From positions 147,252,001 to 147,316,000 of the forward strand of contig CM059432.1 of the NCBI GenBank assembly GCA_030390025.1: DNA of 64,000 bases. Reading direction: 5' to 3'. This document shows positions 11,375 through 24,330 of this stretch, in pieces. Numbering within the stretch: position 1 is the first letter of the stretch; every line of letters begins with the position of its first letter. Both the position numbers and the translations under genes were made by a program. The notes below the pieces were generated by a model. The model ran no database searches, was not told the origin of the DNA, and saw only the letters and a list, made by a program, of their open reading frames with translations. The stretch comes from Squalus acanthias. Lineage: Eukaryota.

Positions 11375-13430
11375 ACAAAATCAAAAAAATAATAGGAGCG
11401 TGTAACAAAGCAAATGCAATAATCATGGGGGACTTTAATCTTCATATAGACTTGACAAAACAAATTGTCAAAGGTAGTCTAGAGGACGAATTCATGGAAT
11501 GCATTTGAGACAGTTTCCTAGAACAATACGTTGTGGAACCAACCAGGGAACAGGTTGTTTTAGATCTTGTATTGTGTAACAAGTTAGCGTTAATTAGTAA
11601 TTTCATAGTCAAGGATCCTCTGGGGAAGAGTGATCATAATAAGATGGAATTTCACTTTGGGTTTGAGAGTGACATTCTTAAGTCTGAAAATAGAGTCTTA
11701 AACTTAAATAAATCCAATTACAGAGGTATGAGGGGTGAGTTGGCTAAGGTTGATTGGAAAATTAGATTAAAAGGTATGACAGTAGATAATCAGTGGAAAA
11801 CATTTAAAGAAATATTTTAAAATTCTCAACGAATATACATTCCATTGAGAAATAAAAATTCCGAGGGAAAAGTAAACTATCCGTGGCTAACTAAAGAGTT
11901 TAAGGGTACTATCAGATGAAAAGAAGAGGCTTATAATGTTGCAAACATAGAAACATAGAAGATAGGAGCAGGAGTCGGCCATTCGGCCCCTCGAGCCTGT
12001 TCCGCCATTTAATGAGATCATGGCTGATCATCCAAATTCAGTACCCTATAGAAACAAAGAATAGTAGTAAGCCTGAGGATTGGGAGAGCTTTAGAAAACA
12101 GCAAAGGATGACCAAAAAGTTGATTTAAAAGGAGAAAATAGAATATGAGAGTAAACTAGCAAGAAATATAAAAACAGATTGTAAGAGCTTCTACAAGTAT
12201 GTAAAAAGGAAGAGAGTAGCAAAATTAAGTGTTGGTTGCTTAGAGGCTGAAGCAGGAGAAATGATAATGGGGAACAAGGAACTGGCTGCGATTTTAAACA
12301 AATATTTTGTATCTGTCTTCACAGTAGAAGACACAAAAAGCATACAAAAAATAGTGGGGAACCAAGGGGCTTATGTGAGTGAGGAAATTAAAGTAATTAA
12401 TATCAGTAGAGAAAAAGTACTTAAGAAACTAATGGGACTAAAAGCTGACAAATCCCCTGGACCTACATCCTAGGGTTCTAAAAGAGGTGGCTGCAGAGAT
12501 AGTGGATGCATTGGTTGTCATCTTCCAGAATTCCCTAGATTCTAGAATGGTCCCAGCAGATTGGAAGGTCGCAAATGTAACCCCGCTGTTCAAGAAAGGA
12601 GGGAGAGAGAAAACAGGGAACGACAGGCCAGTTAGCCTGATATAGTCATCGGGAAAATGCTGGAATCCATTATTGAGGAAGTGGTAACAGGGCACTTAGA
12701 AAATAATAATATGATTAGGCAGACCCAGTTTTATGAAAAGGAAATCATGTTTAACAAATTTATTTGAGTTTTTTGAGGATGTAATTAGCAGGGTAGATAA
12801 AGAGGAATCAGTGGATGTAGTATATTTGGACTTCCAAAAGGCATTCGATAAGGTGCCACATAAAAGGTTATTACACAAGATAAGGGCTCATGGGGTTGGT
12901 GGTAATATATTAGCAAGGATAGAGGATTGGTTAACGGACAGAAAACAGAGAGTAGGGATAAACGTATCATTTTCATGTTGGCAGGCTGTAACTAGTGGGG
13001 TGCCGCAAGGATCGGTATTTGGGCCTCAGCTATTTACAATCTATATTAATGACTTAGATGAAGGGACCGAGTGTAATGTATCCAGGTTTGTTGAGGATAT
13101 AAAGCTAGGTGGGACAGTAAGCTGTGAGGAGGACGCAACGAACTTGAAAATAGATAGAGCAGCTCGGCCGGACAATATCCTCCTGAGGGTTCTCAGGGAA
13201 AAGGCACAATGCTGTGCCAGCCCAGAGCCCATATTTTTGATAGCTCACTGCACTCTGGGATGGTTCCCATAGACTGGAAGGAGGCTAATGTAGTCCCCAT
13301 CTTTAAAAAACATGAAAATATGGATCCGGGTAACTATAGGCCTGTTAGTTTGACATCAGTAATAGGAAAGATGCTTGAAGGTATCATTAGAGAAGCAATA
13401 TATGATTGCTTGGATAGAGAGGGACATATT
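11375..13430 (+). pseudogene. CR1 LINE ORF2 (endonuclease-RT) remnant, fragmented; second CR1 piece at about 13150-13430
   Basis: [58 protein letters not shown]; contains stops and frameshifts. Confidence 0.9.
11945..12050 (-). mobile_element. 5'-truncated CR1/HE1-type 3' tail inserted in CR1
   Basis: (CATAGAAA)n tail plus ggagcaggagtcggccattcggccc...tgatcatccaaattcagtaccc, as at 53440-53545. Confidence 0.75.
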
Positions 13431-13744
13431 AGGGTCCAGAGTTCAGGTAAACTTTTCCTCGCGTCTGAGTCTAATAAAGACGATCACATGCTGGATCTGA
13501 GCGGGGGGTGGGGAGTAGCATGGAACAACAGCTCAGGAGTTTTTATTTTATGATTGACAATTAACAGACTATGTGCATCTGAGGTGGAGTCAACTCCCTC
13601 CCCGGTCCAGTGATGGCAAATCCAAGAAGAAATTACTAAGGCTATGATGTAACTATGATTTATAAAACTACAAAAGCATCAAAAAAATTGTGGGCAAGTA
13701 ATTGTGCTCAGTAGCACCTGTTTTTTGGGGGGACTGAGTGCCGT

Positions 13745-13930
13745 TAGGGATCCAAAATGGCGTCCGCTGTGCGCGCGATCACTTCTGCCACGAAGCGCGC
13801 AGACACTAACTTGCTAAAGGCGTTAACACGCACACAGTTCACAACCGCCGGAAGTATGCAAAGCAGGCAGATCATGACATCCATCAGTGTGCTACGCATT
13901 TTGGAGCTCCATGCTCTAGCTGACGCCCTC
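13745..13930. mobile_element. Harbinger subterminal fragment
   Basis: Resembles the reverse complement of 34100-34300 (aggcagatc-tg-c-tc-atcagtgtgc-ac). Confidence 0.5.
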
Positions 13931-13939
13931 TGCGTTTGT

Positions 13940-14734
13940 CAGGGGGCTGAGAACCTAAGTGTGGGCCCAGAACGGAGAGAAACAAAGCTGGAAGTGCAAG
14001 TTAGAAAAGTAGTCAGCAAAACTAGTGGGGAGCAGAAACAAAAGCCAACAGTAAAGAGGGTCAAAGTGCAGAAAAATATGAAACAGGCAAGGTTGAAGGC
14101 GCTTTATCTAAATGCACGCAACAAGGTGGATGAATTAATGGCACTAATAGAAGTAAATGGGTATGAGGTAATTGCCATTACAGAGACATGATTGCAGGGT
14201 AACCAAAGCTGGGAACTGAATGTTCCAGGGTACTCAACATTTAGGAAGGACAGACAAAAAGGAAAAGGAGGTGGCATAGCGCTGTTAATAAGGGATGAGA
14301 TCGGTATGGTAGAGATAAAAGATCTTGGCTCGGCAGATCGTGATGCAGAACTGGAATCAGTTTGGGTGGAGCTAAGAAACAGCAAAGGGCGGAAAACATT
14401 GGTGGGAGTTGTGTATAGGCCATCAAACAGTAGTGGTAATGTAGGGCACAGTATCAATCAAGAAATTAGAAGTGCATGTAACAAGGGCAATACGGTAATC
14501 ATGGGGGACTTTAATCTACATATTGACTGGGCAAATCAAATTACCACTAATGGTGTGGAGAACGAATTCTTGGAATGCATGCGAGATGGTTTCCTAGATC
14601 AGTATGTGGAGGAACCAACCAGGGAACAGGCTATTCTGGATCTGGTACTGTGTAATGAGAAAGGGCTAATCAATAATCTTGTGGTAAAGGGGCCTTTAGG
14701 GACAAGTGACCATAATATGATTGAATTTTACATT
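13940..14734 (+). pseudogene. CR1 ORF2 APE endonuclease domain remnant
   Basis: ALYLNARNK, AITET, RKDRQKGKGGGIAL, VGVVYRP, MGDFN, LDLVL, SDHNMIEF. Confidence 0.9.
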
Positions 14735-15050
14735 GGGCCAGAAATTCGGGTCGGAGGCTTCCCGCGGGCGCAAGCCCCCGACCTGCACTTACCTAGCGCG
14801 CCTGCCGTTGTGCTGTGGGCCCACGAGGACTTCGGGTCCTGGGCCTCCTGCAGCTGCCGGCGCGCAGTGCTTGCGTATCCCAGGGGCGCAGTTAGTTCGA
14901 AGCGTCCCCTGGGATCACGTGGGCCATGGAGAGCCAATCGGAGCAGGGAATCTCCATTCATAGATTTTGACAGGAAGACCTGTCAAATCTATGAATAGAG
15001 ATCAGCCCCAAAACCTCACTAAAACTTCAAATACATTTTAAAAAAAATGA
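14735..15050 (+). mobile_element. Harbinger-type MITE family C, truncated
   Basis: Starts GGGCCAGAAATT; body (gcgtatccca...gttagttcg...agagccaat...ctatgaat) matches 59850-60110. Confidence 0.7.
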
Positions 15051-16385
15051 AATTAATTTGCCATTTATATGCCCATTCTGCAAGTTTATTAACGTCATCT
15101 TGAAATTTATCGCAGTCTTCCTCAGTTTACACAACATCCCCCCAATTTGGTGTCATCTGCAAATTCTGATATTCTACTTCCGATTCCTGAGTCCAAATCA
15201 TCGATGTAAATATTGAACAACAGTGGTCCCAGCACTGATCCCAGTGGAGCACCACTTCCTACCTTCCTCCAGTCTGAGTAACTACCTTTAACCCCTACTC
15301 TCTGGTTTCTGTTTTGTAGCCAGTGTGCTATCCATTCTGCTACTTGTCCCCTGACTCCACATGCTGTGACCTTAGTCATGAATCTAATGTGCTGTACCTT
15401 ATCGAAGGCCTTTTGAAAGTCCATGGGGTAAAAATTGAGTCGCGCCCCATTTGGGGCGCTAACCTCGCCAGGGGCGCGACTTTTAGCGCCCCGAAAAAAT
15501 TAGCGGCCCCGCGCCGGAACTTCAGTGGTTGCGCCCCAAGAGGGAAGCGGGGCGCAACTGGAAGCACCCCGCATCCCTCTTGGGGCGCTGCGAGTGAATA
15601 TCCTGGCGCTACGTGCCGCAGCGCCACGCGCTGCGGCACGTCGCGCCGCGGTATTGCAGGCCTTCCTCCCCTTCTTAAAGGGGAGGGGCCTTGCGCAGCG
15701 CGAACCGGGGCCCAGCTGGGCCCCCAGGGATCGGGAGTGCCGGCAAAAGAGCCCGGCACTCAAGAGAAGTGCCGGGCTCTTGGAGCGCAGCCGGCACTTC
15801 ACGGTGGGGGGGCTTCACGGGGGCCGGGGACAGCAACGGGGGCAGGTGCTGGCAGGCGGCCAGCAACAAAAATGGCCGCCTGCCACCTCCCCTTTAAATA
15901 TCGCCGCCCCGGCCGCACGTACGCCCCCCTGAACCCGTCGGACATAGCGTCTGGCGGTAAATCAGGGGGCGCGACTGAAGATCACGGCCGGGGCGCGAGC
16001 GGGGCGCTGCGCACGGCGATGACGTCATCGCCGGCGGCGCAGCGCCACAGGGCGCTACCAGCTGCCGCCGCCACTAACCTCCCACTAAATTTTTCGGGAG
16101 GCGTGGGCGGCGCTGCGCCCGGGCGTTAGCTGCTTTACGCCCCATTAGCGCCCTCTTAAGGCGCTAACGGGAGGCGTAAGCAGCTGAATTTTTCCCCCCA
16201 TGTATATTACATCCATTGCATAAGCCTTGTCTAATCTGTCTGCTCCCTCTTCAAAGAATTCAGTAATGTTGGTCGAGTCTGACTTCCCTTTTGAAATCCT
16301 TCCTGACTACTCTTTATTATATTTTTGGTTTCTAGATGTTTTTCTATTATATCTTTGAGTAAAGATTCCAATATCTTTCCTACCA
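15050..16385 (-). pseudogene. CR1 RT fragment split by a MITE
   Basis: [10 protein letters not shown]...[16 protein letters not shown]...FADDTKLGG; continues at 16200-16385 (VGKILES). Confidence 0.85.
15425..16198 (-). mobile_element. Harbinger-type MITE (A-like ends, B-like interior)
   Basis: TIRs GGGGTAAAAATT / AATTTTTCCCCC, TSD CAT; ends resemble family A, interior resembles family B. Confidence 0.85.
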
Positions 16386-18270
16386 CCAACAACAGCAACA
16401 ATAACTTGCAATAATATAGCACCTTTAACGTAGTAAAACGTCCCAAGGCGCTTCACAGGAGCGATTATCAAACACAATTTGACAATGAGCCACATAAGGA
16501 AATATTCGGACAGATGACCAAAAACTTGGTCAAAGAGGTAGGTTTTAAGGAGCATCTTAAAGGAGGAGAGAGAGGTAGAGAGGTGGAGAGGTTTAGGGAG
16601 GGAATTCCAGAGCTTAGGGCCGAGGTAGCTAAAAGCACGGCTGCCAATGGTGGAGCGATTAAAATTGGAGATGCTCCAGAATTGACAGAGTGCAGAGATC
16701 TCAAAGGGTTGTAGGGTTGGAGGAGGTTACAGAGATAGGGAGGGGCGAGGCCATGGAAGGATTTGAAAACAAGGATGAGAATGTTAAAATTGAGCTGTTG
16801 CCAGGCAGGGAGCCAGTGTAGGTCAGCAAACCTAGGGATGATTGGTGAACGGGACTTGGTGTGAATTAAGATACGGGCAGCAGAGTTTTATATGAGCTCA
16901 AGTTTATGTAGGATGGAAGATGGGAGTCCAGCCAGGAGAGCATTGGAATAGTCAAGTCTAGAGGTAACAAAGGCATGAATTAGCAATCCAGCAACAGATG
17001 AGCTGAGGCAAAGGTGGAGTTGGGCGATGTTGCAGAGGTGGTCTGGTTCAGCCTCCGAGAGTTGCCAAGGAGAGGGACGGAGTCGGTGACTAGGGAACGG
17101 AAACTGTGGCGGGGACCGAAGACAAAGGGGTAAAAATTCAGTTGGTTGCGCCTCCCGTTAGCGCCTTAAGAGGGCGCTAATGGGGCACAAAGCCGCTAAC
17201 GCCCGGGTGCAGCGATGTTTGCGCCGCTCGGGAACTTAACTAGACATTGTGCGGCGGCGCTAAACTTTACCGCTGCGACCACCTGCGCGCGCAGATTGTG
17301 ACGTCATTCCATGGTGCAACGCCCTTGTGGCGCCCCGGAGCGGAAATTGAGTGGCGCCCCCTGCCTTACCGCCTGGCGCATCCAACGACCAGAAGACTGG
17401 AACGCTATCAATCGCTGTGGGGCTGGGGGGGGGGCGCTATTTAAAGGGGGCCTCTTCCTGTCTTTTATTGTTGGTGGCATTTTTGAACTACGCATTCTGA
17501 GAGAGAGAGGGAGAGACTTCTGGAGAGATTCAACGTTGTGTGAAGGAGTTTTGGGTACTGAGCAGCACTTTGCAGGTTCATTTTGATTTGCCATTCCTTG
17601 TATCGATTTAGCAGAGACTGTGGGAGCTGCACTCTGAGCTCTTTGCCTGGTACTCTCCATTGTTCTTTCCAGCACATTTGATGTGCAAGTCTCTCCAGGC
17701 CGAGATTCAAGGCTGCAATGAACAGGATGTGGATGGAAAGCAAGATTAACCATCCCCTTTAAGAACTGGCCCATGCCATTGTGTGTGTGTTCCATTGCTG
17801 ACTGACATTACATGAGCTTCGCCAGCGCTCTGAGTTAGCGCCTCACTCCTTGGCCTTTGCGCCTTAAGACAGGTGTGCAGCGCCTGATTTAGCGCTCCAC
17901 TCACCTCCCGGGGCGGTAAAAGTGAAGTTTCCAGTCAGTGGCGATAATTAGCGCCAGGCGCTAATATTTGCGTCCAGACGATATTTGCGCCCCAAATGGG
18001 GCGCGACCTAATTTTTCCCCCAAAGACTTCGGTCTTCCCAATATTTAGTTGGAGGAAATTTCTGCTTATCCAGTATTGAATGTCGGACAAGCAGTGTGAC
18101 AATTTAAAGACCGTGGAGGGTTCAAGACAGGTGGTGGTGAGGTCGAGTTGGGTGTCGTCAGATTACAGGTGGAACCTGACGCTGTGTTTTTGAATGATGT
18201 CACCGAGGGGCAGTATGTAGATGAGAAATAGGAGAGGGCTAAGGACACAACCTTGAGGAACTCTAGAGGT
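16386..18270 (-). mobile_element. L2 LINE 3' portion, interrupted by MITE A copy 2
   Basis: (CAA)n tail at 16386; RT motifs on minus at 18120-18265 (rc gttcctcaagg...tgtcctt, tctgacgacacccaactc). Confidence 0.8.
17127..18021 (-). mobile_element. Harbinger-type MITE family A, copy 2
   Basis: TIRs GGGGTAAAAATT / AATTTTTCCCCC, TSD AAA. Confidence 0.9.
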
Positions 18271-18392
18271 AAACGTGTGGGAACAACTGCTCTATAGTTC
18301 CCTGGATTTGTTTTACTTCCCATTTTGAATAGAGGAATAACATTAGATGTCCACTATTCCTTTGGCACCATTCCCTTTTCTATTGAATTTTT

Positions 18393-18775
18393 ACATAGAA
18401 AACATAGAAACATAGCTGATCCTCTATCTCAATACCATATTCCCGCTCTCTCCCCATACCCCTTGATACCTTTTGTGTCTAGAAATCTATCTATCTCCTT
18501 CTTAAATATATTCAGTGACTTGGCCTCCACAGCCTTCTGTGGTAGAGAATTCCACAGGTTCACCACCCTCTGAGTGAAGAAATTTCTCCTCATCTCAGTC
18601 CTAAATGTCCTACCCCGTATCCTGAGACTGTGACTCCTCGTTCTAGACCCCCAGCCAGGGGAAACATCCTCCCTGCATCCAGTCTGCCTAGCCCTGTCAG
18701 AATTTTATACGTTTCAATGAGGTCCCCTCTCATTCTTCTAAACTCTAGTGAATACAGGCCTAGTCGACCCACCTC
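18393..18775 (-). mobile_element. CR1 3' fragment
   Basis: LGLYSLEFRRMRGDLIETYKILTG; (CATAGAAA)n tail. Confidence 0.85.
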
Positions 18776-18811
18776 TCCAACCCAATATTTATAGATATAT
18801 ATATACTAGTG

Positions 18812-20035
18812 CAGGGGTTCCCAAACAGTGATTTGCGTACCCCTGTGGGTACGCGAGACATCTCTGGGGGGTACACGGGCAAAATTGTTTAATGGTGGAT
18901 TTTATTTATTAATTATTTTATTTATTCATGGCATTTTTATAATAGGCGACTCAGATGAAGTTTTAAAAAATTTGTGGAAATTTGTTATGTAATTTACTTC
19001 AAGATGTACCAATGAGAACACAGCTACAAAGAGATGATGGCGTACAACGCTCTCACCTCCAATCACCGTCCACTACAGCATGGTTCCAGTTGCCCAGCAA
19101 CTGTCCAGTCTAACTGAGCTCAGAGCTAAGTCAGGTTTTTTGTTGGTTTGTGTACGTCGCACTATAATTACATCCTCTGATCACAATGTACTGTATTGGC
19201 ATCTGCACCGATGAAGCAAAGTCAAAGGGGGTGAAATTGGGTGCCTTTGCGCCTCCCGTTAGCGCTCCCGGCGGACACTAACAGGACGCAAATGGCGTTG
19301 CGCCCCGATCTCCTTCGCCCGGAGATCACGATATCATTGCCGTGCGCATCGCCCCGGTAGCGCCCCGGACCCGAAATTGACTTCGCCCCCTGCGGCAGCG
19401 CCAGTCGAAAACACCAACAGGTGCAGGAGGCGTGCATTGGGTGGCCAGTCGCTTCGGGGGCGATGATTAAAGGCGAGGTGGCCGAGGTAAGTGGAAAAAA
19501 ACCTTAGCTTTCCTGTTCTAGTTTTTTGCGCGGGTTCCTGCCCGCGATCGATCAGCCTGGCACTCTACGGGATCACGGCTGCCTTGGTGGTCCAGGTAAA
19601 TTGCAAAGCCTGCAGCGACGGCCCTTCCCTTTAATTGAGGGAAGGAGCCTTTGAATGCGGCAGCGCTGCACGGTTTATTTAGCGCTCCACTTCCCTCTTG
19701 GGGCGCTAAAACTCAATTTCGCGGTCGCCGGCTCTAATTAGCGCCCAGGCGATGTTAGCGCCCCAAAATGGTCGATACCGAATTTTTCCCCCAATGACTG
19801 GTAGGTATAGTGGAGTAGTGACATGTATCAGAGCAGTTGCTCCCATCGCCGTATACAGAGGGAAGCACTCGCTGCCAAAAGCAGCCCGACCAACTTGAAG
19901 GAGGTGCTGGACAATGCTGTGAAGATGGTAAACTTTACAAAAGCTCGACCCTTGAATTCCAGAATATTTTCCACTCTGTGTTATGAGATGGGGAGCGAGC
20001 ATGTCAATCTATTGCTCCACACAGAGGTTCAATAG
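18812..20035 (+). mobile_element. hAT-Charlie (Buster/ZBED5-like) transposon remnant, interrupted by a MITE
   Basis: Charlie-like terminus CAGGGGTTCCCAAAC; transposase pieces CIGICTDEAKS|MTGRYSGVVT and REALAAK...LKEVLDNAVKMVNFTKARPLNSRIFSTLCYEMGSEHVNLLLHTEV. Confidence 0.8.
19227..19792 (+). mobile_element. Harbinger-type MITE family B, copy 3
   Basis: TIRs GGGGGTGAAATT / AATTTTTCCCCC; splits the Charlie transposase frame. Confidence 0.85.
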
Positions 20036-20099
20036 CTGTTGTATATGTGTATTATAATTTGTACATTTTGCACGAATCATTGGACATTAAAGGGGTTAA

Positions 20100-21188
20100 A
20101 ATATTGAACCTGTAGACTGGTAGGGGTATGCGGGCAACTGGTAGATCTGGAAGGAGGTACACAATACATAACGTTGGACAACCTCTGTACTGGTGCCTCT
20201 GCTATCTCTTCCTCAGCTTCTTTGTGTGTGTATGGATGCAATCCTGCTGGACCAGGGGTTTCCTTCTCTCTAAGTTTGTCCATTATCTCCCTTCTATCTA
20301 TATTAAATGTATTGATATCCTTTTTGATCTCTTTATCTCATCTCATCTCTTATCTTGTCCACCTTGTTAGTCTCCCTGGTAAAAACTGAGGCAAAGTAAC
20401 TATTCCATTTTTCTGCATTTTTCACTGTCATTATCTGTGAGTTTATCTTGTACATCCCTTAGTGGCCTTATCCATATCTTAATTTTTTCTTTGCCTATGT
20501 ATGTGTCTTACTTTACTAAAGTAAAATAAAGATCACTTTACTATTTTCATATTCTTGGATAATTTCATTTCGTAATTCCGCTTTCCCTTCCTAATTATTT
20601 TGTTGACTTCTTTTCTAACCTCTTTGAATTCGATTTTGTCATTCTTTCCATTATTGACTATATAGTTAGTGTATGCCTTTTTCTTTAGTTTCAATTTTCC
20701 TCATCTCTTTATTCATCTACAGTGTCTCACTGTTGGCTAATTTGTTCTTGTTTTTCAGCAGAATATATTTCTCCTGAACACTATCGATCACTTTTAAAAA
20801 ATATTTTCCACTGCTCCACTATCTCTTTGTCAATATTTTCGACTTTACCTTCCCTAGTTCCATCCTCACCCCTCATAATGAAATTTTTTCCAATCAATTA
20901 TTTTGGTCGTTGTCTTACTTATGTCTCTCTTAATTATTATCATAAATGTTATTATGTTGTGATCACTATTGCATAGATGTTCCTCTACACTTACTTCTCT
21001 TGTCTCCTCCGGTTCACTTCCCATTATTAGATCCAGCAGTGATTCCTCTCTTGTTGGGCTTCTTATGTATTGGGTAAGAAAGGAGTCCTGTACACATTGT
21101 AAATACTCAATTCTCCTTTCCCCTTTCACTACCTCTTCTTGCCAGTTTATTTGGGAGTAGTTGAAAGCTCCCACGATTATTATTCTTT
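20100..21188 (-). pseudogene. Old CR1 ORF2 (EN/linker), downstream part of the CR1 at 27561-29480
   Basis: IIIVGAFNYSQINW...SPTREESLLDLIM...NSDHNII. Confidence 0.8.
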
Positions 21189-21657
21189 GGCCACGAAATT
21201 CAGGAGTTTGGTGCCAGCCGTTAAGGCCATATTTGCTGAAGAAATGGCGGCCACCTCGCATTTGCCGGCTTCTGGCGGGTGCTGCAGTGGCCGCAATTCT
21301 GAAGAGGTTGGTGGTGCTGCCGTTGCCTGCGCTCGCTCCACATATTCACGTCAATGAGCATCTCTACTACCTGCATTTAAGCCAGGAGCAGTGTATTAGA
21401 GGCTCCGTTTCACCAAGGTCACAGGACTCTGCCACCTCCTGCAACCAGACCTGCAGACTCAGAACAGGGCGACCACGGCTCTTCCAGTGGCCCTCAAGGT
21501 CACCGTGGCCCTCAATTTTTTCACCACCGGATCCTTCAAGTCTGGAGCAGGAGACATCGCTAACATCTCCCAGTTTGCTATCCATCGCTGCATCCGGGAG
21601 GTCACAGAGGCTCTCTACTCCAGGAGAAGGGACTTCATTGTCTTCTCCCTGAACAAA

Positions 21658-24330
21658 TAGAACATAAGAACATAAGAAATAGGAGCAGGAGTCGGCCATT
21701 CGGCCCCTCGAGCCTTCTCCACCATTCAATAAGATCATGGCTGATCTTCTACCTCAACTCCACTTTCCTGCACAATCCCCATATCCCTTGATCCCCCTGA
21801 TATTCAAAAATCTATCAATCTCTGTCATGAATATACTCAACGACTGAGCCTCCACAGCCCTCTGGGGTAGAGAATTCCAAAGGTTCACCACCCTCTGAGT
21901 GAAGAAATTTCTCCTCATCTCAGTGCTAAATGGCCAACCCCTTATTCTGAGACTGTGACCCCTGGTTCTAGACTCCCCAGCCAGGGGAAACATCCTCCCT
22001 GCATCTACCCTGTCAAGCCCTGTAAGAATCTTGTATGTTTCAATGAGATCACCTCTCATTCTTCTAAACTCCAGAGAATATAGGCCTAGTCTACTCAATC
22101 TCTCCTCGTAGAACAATCTCCCCATCCCAGGAATCAGTCTGGTGAACCTTCGTTGCACTCCCTCTATGGCAAGTATATCCTTCCTTAGGTAAGGAGACCA
22201 AAACTGTACACAATACTCCAGGTGTGGTCTCACCAGGGCCCTATATAATTGCAGTAAGACATCTTTACTCTTATACTCAAATCCTCTTGTAATAAAGGCC
22301 AACATACCATTTGCTTTCCTAATTGCTTGCTGTACTTGCATGTGAACACCGACATTTCCCAATCTCTCACCATTTAAAAAATACTCTGCATTTCTATTTT
22401 TCCTACCAAAGTGGATAACTTCACATTTCTCCACATTATATTCCATTTGCCATGTACTTGCCCACTCACCTAACCTGTCTATATCCCCTTGAAGCCTCTT
22501 TGCATCCTCCTCACAACTTACATTCCCACCTAGCTTTGTATCATCAGCAAACTTGGATATATTACATTTAGTCCCCTCATCCAAATCATTGATATACAGG
22601 AAACTCTTTATTAACCGGCACCGACGGGACCGGCGTGGTGCCGGTTGATCAAAAAGTCCGGATTACAGAGAGGTATACTTACCAAGGTACGAGAGCCCCG
22701 TACATGGCCACAGATCCAGGAGTCCCTGGTGCACGGCCACAGGTGCAGGAACCCCGGTCACATTAAAGAATTTTCTTTTGAGTAGCCAGCTTTTTTTGAT
22801 TTAAAAAGTACTATGTACAAACCTTAACCTTTGGTCTCAAACAGTATGTGTGGTGCCCTCGATCACAGCCATCACACAACAGCATGTTTTCTGCATCTCC
22901 CTTCTTGTGACAGATCTTACAGCGATCTTACAGCGAGCATTCAGCAAAGACTTGGCCCATATAATGCTACGATCCAGTGTAGAGAGATGAAGGAAAACCC
23001 CGGTTACCTACTCCTGAATTTTGCCGGTTAAGAGAGATTTCCGGATATTTGGGTGCCGGTTGATAAAGAGTTTCCTGTAGATTGTGAATATCTGAGGTCC
23101 AAGCACTGATCCTTACGGTACCCCACTAGTTACAGCCTGCCAACCCGAAAATGACCCATTTATTCCTACTCTCTGTTTCTGTCCATTAACCAATCTTCAG
23201 TCCATTCTGGTACATTACCCCCAATCCCATGAGCCCTAATTTTGTTTAATAACCTCTTGTGTGGCACCTTATTGAATGCCTTCTGAAAATCTAAATACAC
23301 CACATCCACTACTTCCCCCTTATTTATTCTGCTAGTTACAACCTCAAGAAACTCTAACAGATTCTTCAAACACAATTTCCCTTTCATAAATCCGTGTTGA
23401 CTCTGCCCAATCCTATTATTATTTTCTAAGTGCCCTGTTACCACGACCTTAATAATAGATTTTAGCATTTTCCCTACTACTGATGTCAGGCTAACTGGTC
23501 TGTAGTTCCCCATTTTCTCTCACCCTCCTTTCTTAAATAGTGGGGTTACATTTGCTACCTTCCAATCTGCGGGAACTGTTCTAGAATCAATGGAATTTTG
23601 AAAGATGACAACTAATGCATCCACTATCTCTGCAGCCACCTCTTTCAAAACCCTAGGATGTAGGCCATCAGGTCCAGGGGATTTGTCGCCACCTAGTCCC
23701 ATTAATTTCTCCAGTACTATGTCTTTACTTATACTGATTTCTTTCAGTTCCTCATTCTCTCTAGACCCTTGGTTCCCCATTATTTCCGGAATGTTTTTTG
23801 TGTCTTCTACCGTGAAGACAGATACAAAGTATGTGTTTAATGTCTCTACCATTTCCTTATTGCCCATTATAATTTCTCCTGTCTCTGCCTCTAATGGGCC
23901 CATGTTTACTTTCACTAATCTCTTCCTATTTACATACCTATAGAAACATTATAATCTGTTTTTATGTCTCTCGCTAATTTACTCTCATATTCTTTTTTCT
24001 CTTTTCTTATCAATTTCTTGGTCCTCCTTTGCTGAATTCTAAAATCCTCCCAATCCTCAGGCTTACTACTCTTTTTGGCAACATTATAAGTCTCTTTCTT
24101 TGATCTAATACTATCTTTAAATTCTCTTGTTAGCCACGGTCGGACCACTTTTACTGTGAGGTTTTTGTGCCTTAAAGGAATGTATATTTGTTGTAAATTA
24201 TGTATTAATTCTTTAAATCATAGCCATTGCTTGTCTACCATCATACCTTTTAATGTAGTTTCCCAATCTACCTTAGCCAACTCGCCCCTCATACCCACGT
24301 AGTTGCTTTGTTTAGATTTAAGACCCTTAG
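21658..24330 (-). mobile_element. 5'-truncated CR1 LINE (RT plus 3'UTR), relatively young
   Basis: Long open RT pieces (KSPGPDG, NYRPVSLTS, YLDFQKAF, KFADDTKL, LVRPHLEYCVQFWSP); (TTCTTATG)n tail at 21658-21680. Confidence 0.95.
22597..23077. mobile_element. Tc1/mariner (Tigger/pogo-like) MITE
   Basis: 26-bp TIRs CAGGAAACTCTTTATTAACCGGCACC / GGTGCCGGTTGATAAAGAGTTTCCTG (1 mismatch), TA TSD. Confidence 0.9.

Noticed and set aside
15323..16129. Long ORFs (up to 268 aa) over GC-rich sequence
   Set aside because: Stop-poor GC-rich MITE; A/G/R/P-biased translation with no domain.
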